Shown here: positions 50,501 through 60,100 of the stretch, piece by piece
Layout of the letters: each line of letters opens with the position of its first letter
Position numbering within the stretch: position 1 is the first letter of the stretch
Assembly (NCBI GenBank): GCA_964187785.1
Contig: OZ076409.1
Coordinates: 82,028,001 to 82,092,000, forward strand
From: Amphiscolops sp. MND2022
Lineage: Eukaryota
Reading direction: 5' to 3'
DNA: 64,000 bases
Made by a program: the position numbers and the translations under genes
The notes under the pieces: generated by a model
What the model was told of the DNA's origin: nothing
Seen by the model: only the letters and a program-made list of their open reading frames with translations
Database searches by the model: none

Positions 50501-52006
50501 AATTTCACATCGTGATTTGGAAATTCAGTTAATCAATATCATTAAAGTTCAACTTTGAGACAAGAACAACCGTTTCAAGATCTTTCTTCCCATTAAATTT
50601 CTAGAACTATGTTCAACTGAACAAAAACTGTCTTCGAATAAGATTCGAATTTCTGGTCGTTATAAAAACGAAACTCCTACTGGTGCAGCGGGCAATAACA
50701 GAGGCGCGGCTGTTGCTTGAAAAAATACGGCATTAGCATGCTACATTTTTTGACTTGATTCAGACCTCACGATGTGTTGGCGACTCTGCTGAACAACCTG
50801 AAGGTGCAGGAGCGACAGAACCGAGTGTGCACCACAGTGGCCATCGCCATAGTGAGCGAGACTTGCTCGCCCTTCACAGTTTTGCCTGCCCTCATGAACG
50901 AGTACAGAGTGCCGGAGCTGAATGTGCAGAACGGAGTCCTCAAGTCCCTCTCCTTCATGTTCGAGTACATCGGGGAAATGGCCAAGGACTATATCTACGC
51001 CGTTACTCCGCTGCTGGAGGACGCACTCATGGAACGGTCTGTTGAATTTTTGCTGCAATTGCTTCAAAATACGTTTAGTGGAAAAATATAGCAAGCTCTA
51101 CTCTATCACGAGGTGTTTAGTCTGCGCTTTTTGTAGCAATATAGATTCTTATAAAGGTGGTGGGTTCGAACCCCGCCGAGTGCAAAATCTTTTTCGGCAC
51201 TGTACGACTTTCGGAAAAAAAATTCATCACCTAAGGGCCCCTTTCGGTTTTACTCCTGTTTTAACTTCCGCCTAGTTTTTCAAGCCTAAAGAGTCCCCTA
51301 TCGGTTTTTCGGCTCTGATTTTTTGTTTTTCATGTCAGAGAAAATCGTTTTTTGCGGCCATAGCACGCTTCGGATTGTTTTAGCGTTTTGAAAACGAATG
51401 AGAATTTGTTAGAAACCATTATGAGCATATTTTTGAGCCTTGGGCGCCGAGACGTTCTGTTTGCTTTTGAATTCATGATATTCTAACTCAATAATTGGAA
51501 GTTCCAATGCTGCGCACAATGTCGCTGGTCGCGAAAAATACTGATTTGATTCCCTTGAAATGGCGCCATTTTAAGCAGATATTCTGATACTAATGTTCCA
51601 ATAGATGAAATGTCACCGTGCTTGTTCTAGAGATCTGGTCCACCGTCAGATAGCCTCGGCGACCATTCAGCATCTGTCGTTAGGAGTTTTTGGATTTGGA
51701 TGTGAAGATGCCCTCACTCACCTTTTGAATCTTATGTGGCCCAATATCTTTGAAACCAGCCCCCATGTTGTGCAGGCAGTTATCGGGGCCATCGAGGGTC
51801 TCCGGGTGTCGCTAGGACCCAACAAAATCCTTCAGTACACTCTCCAGGGCCTGTTTCACCCTGCCAGAAAGGTCAGAGACGTGTATTGGAGAATATACAA
51901 CACCTTGTATATAGGAGGACAGGACGCACTTGTTGCTGGATTTCCCCGAATCCCCGATGATGAAAAGAACACTTACTCTCGCCACCAGTTGTCATATTTT
52001 CTGTAA
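38598..52006 (+). CDS. SF3B1: Splicing factor 3B subunit 1, about 1329 aa; join(38598-38604,38671-38816,40174-40269,42263-42377,43115-43188,43259-44611,44931-45288,45870-46288,46453-46857,49407-49774,50764-51036,51631-52006)
   Basis: All introns are GT-AG with compatible phases and the total is 3990 nt. RWDETP/TP repeats and HEAT-repeat motifs ([63 protein letters not shown]). The 7-nt first exon is the least certain part. Confidence 0.95.
38671..38816 (+). CDS. SF3B1: SF3B1 exon 2
   Basis: taatttag acceptor, gtaagt donor; [23 protein letters not shown]. Confidence 0.8.
40174..40269 (+). CDS. SF3B1: SF3B1 exon 3
   Basis: tttcag acceptor, gtaaga donor; [12 protein letters not shown]. Confidence 0.88.
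40345..40758 (+). mobile_element. Internally deleted hAT element in SF3B1 intron 3
   Basis: Perfect 8-bp TSD GTATGGAT; TIRs CAGAGGTGT/ACACCTCTG; remnant hAT dimerisation motif [15 protein letters not shown] at 40511-40555. Confidence 0.85.
42263..42377 (+). CDS. SF3B1: SF3B1 exon 4
   Basis: [20 protein letters not shown]...ISPERHDPF. Confidence 0.92.
43115..43188 (+). CDS. SF3B1: SF3B1 exon 5
   Basis: [18 protein letters not shown]; gtaagt donor. Confidence 0.9.
43259..44611 (+). CDS. SF3B1: SF3B1 exon 6 (ULM/TP repeats, p14-binding region, first HEAT repeats)
   Basis: [29 protein letters not shown]. Confidence 0.96.
44931..45288 (+). CDS. SF3B1: SF3B1 exon 7
   Basis: [27 protein letters not shown]...[13 protein letters not shown]. 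Confidence 0.96.
45870..46288 (+). CDS. SF3B1: SF3B1 exon 8
   Basis: [16 protein letters not shown]...[17 protein letters not shown]. Confidence 0.96.
46453..46857 (+). CDS. SF3B1: SF3B1 exon 9
   Basis: [13 protein letters not shown]...[14 protein letters not shown]. Confidence 0.96.
47093..49241. mobile_element. Nested cluster of HINE-like repeats in SF3B1 intron 9
   Basis: Family termini at 47093 (AACAAGACGGGAACG), about 47885 (TTTTTTAGTCGGCGC), 48619 (CGTCTTGTT) and 49241 (CCGGCTTGTT); both orientations present. Confidence 0.7.
49407..49774 (+). CDS. SF3B1: SF3B1 exon 10
   Basis: EKLMGHLG...[11 protein letters not shown]...[22 protein letters not shown]. Confidence 0.96.
49930..50456 (+). 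mobile_element. HINE-like repeat in SF3B1 intron 10
   Basis: TTTTTTAGTCGGCGC ... GCGCCGACTTGGGTCGTTCCCGGCTTGTT. Confidence 0.7.
50764..51036 (+). CDS. SF3B1: SF3B1 exon 11
   Basis: [30 protein letters not shown]. Confidence 0.96.
51631..52006 (+). CDS. SF3B1: SF3B1 exon 12 (last)
   Basis: DLVHRQ...[11 protein letters not shown]...[18 protein letters not shown] stop. Confidence 0.95.
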
Positions 52007-53190
52007 AGCTCTTTTATTTTAGACAAAATTCATTTGAAAGACTCGGACTCTTTGTTGTTCATTTATCATTATAGTTGAAGCTTCTTTGCCCAGTGAACCT
52101 TCCTTCGATTCCGTTACTATGTTAGCATTTTTGTTTTTAGGATTAGAAATTTTTCACTTGGCAAAGAATTTAATGTATCTGCGAAGAATTCGACATATTG
52201 TTGTCTTAGTTTTGTGATTACGCATGAGAAATATGTTGATAATCAATATACTTTCTGGCTAGGGTTTTCACTGTTCTTGAGAGTTTCTGGAATAAATTTA
52301 AAATATAAATTTAAATTCTCAGACTGCAGGTATTCTTGCCTTTGACACTTTCATGGTAATGCCCTGCAACCCCTTCTGGCTTGGCTTTTTGTCTGACCAG
52401 CATTCTTGTAATTTAGTCCAATATTAAAGAGTAAATATCCCAGAACGTTTTCGCAAATACTTTTTCTTCGTGCGGTCCCGTTCACAGAATGTTTAACTTT
52501 ATCGCAAGTTTAATTACGGAGTTAGCGCTGATGAATTTTAAAAAAAAACTCTTGATGTTTGGAAAATGGTGGTAACTCCAAGGGCATTTTGCCAGAGGTT
52601 CAATTTTTACTCTAATGGCGCATCGTACAGCCATCCTCTAACATACTTAGAGCTAGTAAGTAGCTCATTATTGAGATCTTGCTAACAAACAATCCCTTCC
52701 AGTTTAAAAATTTATGATTTCAGTTATGGAAGTACGTATTTGTCCCCATAATTGCACCATCTGTGTCACCCATCTCTAGAACAAAGTTTGCGATAGAAGC
52801 GAAACACCAGTAGTTGGAAAAATTTTGTAACTTATAAACTGCCTTCTGTTTTAATCGAAAACTTCGGAAGTCCAATCTTTTTCAGAGTACCAGTCAAATG
52901 AACTCAAAACTTTGCGTTGAAACTTTGTGCGTACGAAGTTTTTAGTTAAACTTTTTGAAAACATTTCAACTCGAACTTCTGCGACAACTAAAATTACCAG
53001 ACTTTTCGTATGTCGTGAGAATCGCGTCAAGCTAAAATTTCGTCACTGTCATCTACTCAACCCATGGTTAGTTCAGTTGACCTCAGTTCGTGTTACGTGG
53101 CGAAATTTGAGAATCCCTGTACTGGGGCGAATATTACGCATGTACTAAGACAAAAACGTAGGAAAGCAGTTGGCCAAATATTCTGAAGAA

Positions 53191-53711
53191 AAGTTGATGA
53201 GAAAAAAACTGCTTTCAATGTTCGAAATTCCAGTAAGTTGAGTATCTCAGCCGGAATTTAACCCTGTTTTAAAAAAAATTTGAGCCTTTCGACGGACTTC
53301 AGGAATTGTTCTAGGGTACAGAGAAGCCAGAGACACTCAAACAAAATCTTTCCAAGAGCAATACGGCATTAGCATGCTAAATTTTTTGACTTGATTCAGT
53401 CCTCACGATGTGTTGGCGACTCTGCTGAACAACCTGAAGGTGCAGGAGCGACAGAACCGAGAGTGCACCACAGTGGCCATCGCCATAGTGAGCGAGAAGA
53501 TAAGTTGATGAGAAAAAAACTGCTTTCAATGTTCGAAATTCCAGTAAGTTGAGTATCTCAGCCGGAATTTAACCCTGTTTTAAAAAATTTGATCCTTTGA
53601 CGGACTTCAGGAATTGTTCTAGGGTACAGAGAAGCCAGAGACACTCAAACAAAATCTTTCCAAGAGCAATACGGCATTAGCATGCTAAATTTTTTTACTT
53701 GATTCAGTCCT
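53191..53711 (+). repeat. 311-bp tandem duplication containing a 138-bp copy of the SF3B1 intron 10/exon 11 junction; second unit cut by Gypsy B
   Basis: 53360-53497 matches 50724-50861 with about 3 substitutions. The unit restarts at 53502 (AAGTTGATGAGAAAA). Confidence 0.92.
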
Positions 53712-56056
53712 TGTCACGACCCGCTCCCGGTCGTAATTTCTACTGCTGTAGCGGCATACCCGGCTTTGGAAGAGGTCGAGGACAAGGCCGAGGTAAACTC
53801 TATTAAACTAATTTTAAAACTAATCTAAATTCTACTTACAGTACAGCTAAATCGATTGCAGATAATTTTCCAAATACAAAACCTAGCGTAAACGTTACGG
53901 AACACTTTTCAGAAATGATTTTTAGCTAAAACTTCCGGTCAAATATCCCCTGCGCGTGATAAGATTTTTCATTTCCGGTATGATCTTCTGATTTCCTGCC
54001 ATACTAATCTAAACACTAAAATGAACATTTATAATTGGGATCATTCTTTCCACTGGTCCACACTAAAATGAAAACATTAAAATAAAATTCAATTCCGAGA
54101 TCCCAACGGAATTCATACAATCTAAAATGAAAAGGAACAGACAAATAATAGAGCGGAATTGTTTTCCAGAGATGAAGTGGTTGTCAATATTCACTTAAAA
54201 GCACAGCCAAGTGATTTAGGCAAATATTTACAACGCTATGGCAACGTCAATCTACTGAGCTAATATTAGGAATTTTGCTTCTACGGACCGATAACGTCAC
54301 TCTATTGATAGAACTATTCTTAGCTAAGTCGAATAGAATCAATTTCGGTTGCCCCTAGCAACACCAATTGGAATAAGAGAAAGAGAATGAATTCACATAC
54401 GCACTCCTCTTTCTCTTCGCTTGGTGCGACAGCTAAGCTATGAGCAATCTCAATACGTACGGAACACTTACGGAGCGGATTGTAAAATTGTATTCCGCTG
54501 TTCTGCTATAGATAATCTTAATACGTAGCACCTACGGAGCGAATTGTAAAATTGCAAATGAAAAATACTGCTTCAAACGAAATCCAAACGAAGCCTTTTA
54601 AATCGATGCATTTGAAAGATTTAAGAGTTATGATTTTACATAAGGAAAACTGTACTGTAAGGAAGAATGATAGAAAATTGCAATGGTAATTTTATGTTCT
54701 GGATTTGTATCATCATGGTAAATCACTAAAACACGTTGACATTACGCCCTACTTAGTTCCTCTTTAAGGGAACAAATCTACTTGATTTACTACGGCATTC
54801 AAAATATATTAATGATAATCCTAACGTAGGACGTAAGGTCAACGCCAATTCATAGGCTCCAAGCCAGTAGTGACAGTTGTATTTCATGATAATGACAATC
54901 GGGCTAGTGATCAGACTTCGATTATGTTTTGATAAATTTCATGATTATTGTGCAAAGTGTTGAAGTTGCTTTCCGTTTATTATTACGAATATGTTGCGCT
55001 CATCTTTGTTGTATCTCGTTAAAGTCCCGTTTGGACTTAATTTGTGTTCAATGTAAACGATATAGCATACCATTAGCAGGTAATTCATATGTTTGAATTT
55101 GAGATTATAGTTTCAGCATCGTTTGTTCCTTTATACCAAATTTCCATGTTTTTCCTCCGCTTCCAAATTGATTTATTCCGTCGTCATTCCGTCACCATTT
55201 TTGAGTGTCATTCTGTTGCTTCGAATCTCAGCTTCCCAAATTGGAAGTTGACTAATTGTTCATGCCGGCGTGCTTGCGCTGATGGAAATGCAAGCTAGAC
55301 TTTTATTTTACCGCAATTTTGAGACTTAAACAGGAAATGGGATTGCCTGAACAAAAATGATTTCAACAAATTTTACGGAACGCTGACGCAATTAGGAATT
55401 TTGATGCCTGATTTTACGACGCGGGACTGAAATGATATGAATCATTAGCGCTTTTTGTTGAACAAACCCGATTTTTGTGATACCTAGGAATTTTTAGGTG
55501 AGGAACAAATGATGCTGGGAAAGTATAAATATGTAGTACATACATGTAAAGTTACAATTTTGACTTGCCTTGTAACAATCAGTTTTGTTCCGTTACTATA
55601 ACGTATTCAAAAGAAAACTTAAATCTTTGAAGAATTCAACTTTTCCAAAGATACCTTCTCTCTCTCTCTCGATCAAAATGACAACTAGAAGCCAGAAGAG
55701 GAAAGCTGTAGCTGAGTTAGTGTCAGGAGATTTCGAAGCTTCCCTGAATGAGAATGGCTCTATTGAAAACCTGATACCTAGTTCTAGTAAAAATCCTAGA
55801 CTCGAGCTTGAAAACTTGGAGGAAATGAAAACAACTCTGAGAAAAGAAATAATGACTGATCTAACAAAGATATTAGCCGAAAATCAAAAGGAAATGCTCA
55901 AGTTAATAGCACCAACGAACAAGAAACACACAGTTAGTTCGAACATACAAGATTCTGATTCTGACCAAGAAAACATCTCCGTAACAGGAACGTCCACCCC
56001 AGTCAAGACACGAACTGCGACTAGTTCTAAAACAACACCGAACAATAGTCGTAACA
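53712..56056 (+). repeat. 5' LTR of Gypsy B (2345 bp)
   Basis: Starts TGTCACGAC exactly where the duplicated host sequence breaks off. Ends GTCGTAACA (8/9 inverted match), directly followed by TGG. Confidence 0.8.
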
Positions 56057-57087
56057 TGGTGACAGGAGTCCTCAATGATTCCACTAACCAACCCACCAAA
56101 CGACCAAAAGCACAACGTATACTTAGCGAACAACCAAAAGACCGACCATCCACGTCAAAGATACTGTTCGCACCACAACCACAGACATTCCCATCAACCA
56201 ATCTACTTCCGATGCCGAAAGCACTCACTGCTTCGCTCCCAGTTTTCGATGGTAAGTCCGAAAAGTTTGAACTTTTTGAGGACCTATTCCGAAACAATAT
56301 CAAAATGTATCCTCACCTAACCGAGATACAAAAGATCAACTACTTCCATTCACTCCTACGAGGAAACGCACTACAAGCGTATTGTAATCTAGATGACACC
56401 AAAAAAGACAACCTAGAAGAAGTCATAACGGCATTTAAACGCCGCTTTGGTGATTTCCAATCATCCGCTAAAGCGAGATGTGAGTGGGACGCCCTGCATT
56501 TTGACCCCACTAAACAGAAACTCCATGAGTTTCTTGACACCCTGCAAAAAACTGCAAAGGAAGCATTCGGCTCAGAAGCACAAAAATTCATTGATAAAGC
56601 AATCTACGCCAAAATGCCGGATCACGTCAAAAAGATCCTCAACAGAGCATATTTGGAAGATAAACCCTACAATGACATAGTTTTACATCTTGAGAGGGAA
56701 ATGAGATTAAACGGACTAGGTGCGCCCGATGAAACAACCCTAGTCCCACTCAACACAGTGGACGCTGTAGTGACGGACCATAAAAAAGACCAACAACAAC
56801 GAGGCCATTGTATTCACTGTGGCAAATATGGCCACTACAAGGCACAGTGTCGCAAACTTCAACGAGAACGTTATAATACAGCCAAAACAAACACAAAAGA
56901 CCCAGCCCAAAACGAAGTACCCAAACCCAAGTGTGATACATGTGGCAAGATGCACAAAACTGAGAATTGTTGGAACGGAGCCAACGCAGCAAATGACCCC
57001 AGAAAGAAGAAACGAGAATTCACCATCCCAACCAACAAAATCAGTGAACAACCTGTACCTACCACGTCCTCTCAGCCAAAAAACTAA
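55678..57087 (+). CDS. gag: Gag with two zinc knuckles
   Basis: MTTRSQKRK start, LPVFDGK capsid-like motif, CIHCGKYGHYKAQC and CDTCGKMHKTENC. Confidence 0.9.
   Translation: MTTRSQKRKAVAELVSGDFEASLNENGSIENLIPSSSKNPRLELENLEEMKTTLRKEIMTDLTKILAENQKEMLKLIAPTNKKHTVSSNIQDSDSDQENISVTGTSTPVKTRTATSSKTTPNNSRNMVTGVLNDSTNQPTKRPKAQRILSEQPKDRPSTSKILFAPQPQTFPSTNLLPMPKALTASLPVFDGKSEKFELFEDLFRNNIKMYPHLTEIQKINYFHSLLRGNALQAYCNLDDTKKDNLEEVITAFKRRFGDFQSSAKARCEWDALHFDPTKQKLHEFLDTLQKTAKEAFGSEAQKFIDKAIYAKMPDHVKKILNRAYLEDKPYNDIVLHLEREMRLNGLGAPDETTLVPLNTVDAVVTDHKKDQQQRGHCIHCGKYGHYKAQCRKLQRERYNTAKTNTKDPAQNEVPKPKCDTCGKMHKTENCWNGANAANDPRKKKREFTIPTNKISEQPVPTTSSQPKN
56057..56069 (+). promoter_or_regulatory. Primer binding site TGGTGACAGGAGT (possibly tRNA-Leu)
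   Basis: Abuts the LTR end; one mismatch to the TGGTGTCAGGAGT expected for a tRNA-Leu(CAG) 3' end. Confidence 0.7.
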
Positions 57088-57131
57088 AGTCGCCGCGCCT
57101 ACGATTTGGGGAAAAAGTAGACGCGAGGGCG
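57078..57131 (+). promoter_or_regulatory. -1 programmed ribosomal frameshift signal
   Basis: A AAA AAC heptamer at 57078-57084 just before the gag TAA. Downstream stem GCGCCTAC/GTAGACGC. The -1 frame is open from 57078 into pol. Confidence 0.85.
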
Positions 57132-60100
57132 TACACGATAGAGGACCCCCCAAACAGGTATGAAGAAGATTTTTTAACTGAATGTAATGAAGAACCAACT
57201 CAAGACTGGCAACGCCGCTGGAACGTAGGCATGATACTCAGGCATAACGCCAGACACCCAGAAGATCCAACGCCACTACCCCAGTGGATAACAGAATCGC
57301 CCGATAACTATGCGACACTCAAAAGACCGTTACCGGAATCAAAAACAGACCGAATTTATATATATGACAGAGACTACAGATGTGACCCTTGGGATGAACC
57401 AACCATCTATGATACAAATAAACTATCCTTCAAAATCCAAGTCTCAAACCCTCAAGCTCAAACCACGAAGACCACAAACCTACCGTCACCGCCGTCACCG
57501 ATCCTGAAAAGAACAACACCGTCCCCAACAGCACCCGTCACCGTCACGTCCACACCGATCGATGCCGAAAACATCATATGCATTGAAGACAAAACAATAT
57601 GGTCACGACAAGCAAGAGAACAGCGAGAAAACACCGCTTCACTCTCGTCATCACCACCAACCGCGCCAGCCACAGCAATAGCCGCTGAAGACGAAGAAAT
57701 AACGGAATGTCATCCAACACTACCAGAAGATCTAGATGTCATCAAAGAATTCATCCAGCACGACAAGGAAGACGACTACATCCCGTTAATGTCTGCAATT
57801 GCCCTCAAGAAGAAAAAGAGAATGCTCTTCTTACCAATCGAATTCAATACTGTCAAAATCGAAGCCTTAGTCGACTCAGGTGCGTACATTAATGCTATTA
57901 GCGAAAGGGATGCTGAAAAACTCCACCAAAAGGCGAGTCAATGCATTGTTAACAAAGCACCTCCACCCCCTTTCAAAGTGCAATACGCCAATGCCGAACT
58001 AGAACAACCACTTGCCACGTACACTCTACGCTTCAAAATAGGAGATTACACTTTTGAAGAAACATTCATCATCATGAATCAAACGTCATTCCCCATAATT
58101 GGATTAGCGTTTCTACGAAAGCATGCCGCAATCCTTGACACGGCACAGGGAACCATCAACTTTCCCAAGATCCAAATCACGATGGCGCTCACAGACGAAA
58201 GACAAAAGTGCAATCCCAAACCCATCACGATAAAGACCGAAGCCAAGCATACAATCCCAGCGCACTCTACCCGAGTCATCTACGCAACAATCCCTGTGAG
58301 TATTGAGCACCCAATAACGGGCACAATACAACCCCTACCACAATTCGATGAATGCGCGAAAGTAATAGTAGCCCCAGCGATTACAACAGCTAGAGATAAA
58401 AAGCTCCCAATTAAAATCGCCAACACCACGGATTTTCCATACACAATAGCCAACGACACCAAAATGGCCGAACTGCAAATCCTGAAACCCGAAGAAACGA
58501 AGATGATCCGCCCAGTTGACATTGCCGCCCTGAATCTCCTCAATGACCATGACGATGTGGTCACGTACATCAACGCACTAATGCAAGTAGAACGGCCAGA
58601 AGACAATGAAGAAAAATTCTGGTTCCCGACCCCAGAACACCCAGGCAACGAACAAGAACATTCGCCCATACAAAAGCGAATCCTGAAAGAACTGCGGGAC
58701 CTTGCCGAATTAGAAAAACTTGACCCAACCGAAAACGAAGACTCTCGCAACAAATTTCTATCAATGTTCAAATGGACAGACTCACTAATTACGGGCAAAG
58801 ACCGTGAAAAACTTGAGGACACCATTGTTGAATTCAATGACATCTTTGCTCGACACCGACTAGATATCGGGATGAATACACAGTTCAAAGTCAGCCTAAC
58901 ACCACAGGACGACAAACCAGTCTACACACAGAGCTTACCCGTCCCGATCAACCTCAAAGAAGACCTAACAGTGGAACTGGCACTGATGCACAAATACGGC
59001 ATCATCACGACACTCCCCTTCTCCAAGTACGCCAGTCCTATATTTGCACAACGGAAACCCAACGGCAAACTGAGACTACTGGTGGATCTGCGCAAAATCA
59101 ACGCACTCATAGCAGATGACTACATCAACAACAACCACCCTGTCAGCACCCTCTCAGATGCGGCACAACACCTAGCAGGGAAAAAACTATTCTGCAAACT
59201 TGACTGCTCCCAGGCGTATCACTGCCTTCAAATGGCAGACCAAAGGTCAGTAGAGTTACTTGCTTTTAATTTTGCTAGTAGGACGTTCGCCTATCGTCGT
59301 CTGCCACAAGGACTAAGCAGAGCCCTATCAGCCTTTTCGAGCTTCATGCGTGAGTATCTGGACTCAGTCATCAAAGCCGATCAATGTGCACAATACGTAG
59401 ATGACATTGGCATTGCTGCAAACACAACGGAACAGCTCATAAAAAACATCAGAGCAGTCTTCAAATGCATTAGGAAAGCAGGACTAAAACTAACCATCGA
59501 AAAATGCCATTTTGGAGTAACCCAAATCGAATTTCTTGGCCGAATCATCACCCCCGACGGAGTAGCCCCGCAAGATCAAAAAGTCAAAAATTTCCTCTCC
59601 AAAGTACGCTTCCCCAAATCCAAAAAACAAGTTCAAAAGTACATTGGCTTTGTTAACTATTACCGCAACTACATACCGCGCTTGTCAGAAAAGCTCATTG
59701 GCATGTACGAACTTCTTAAAGCAGACTCCAAGATCAGAATATCAGAAGAACTTGTCGATAACTTTAAGGAAATCAACGCCAGTTTAGCGGAAGCTTGTGG
59801 ACTTGCGCTCCGACAGCCCATAGCAGGAAAACAATACGTCCTAATGACGGATGCAAGCTTTCGTGCGTCAGGCTACGCCCTCATGATTGAGGAGAACGAT
59901 GAACGCAAAATACTCTCCAAACGAAAAACCTTCGCACCAGTAGCGTTCGGATCACGAGTTTTTTCACCTGCACAACTGAAATTGTCTATCTACTGCAAGG
60001 AATTCTTAGCAATCTATCATGCATTCCTCGAATACAGTCACATACTATGGGAAGCAACAATTCCAACCCTGGTCTTAACAGACAACCGCTCAGTAACGAG

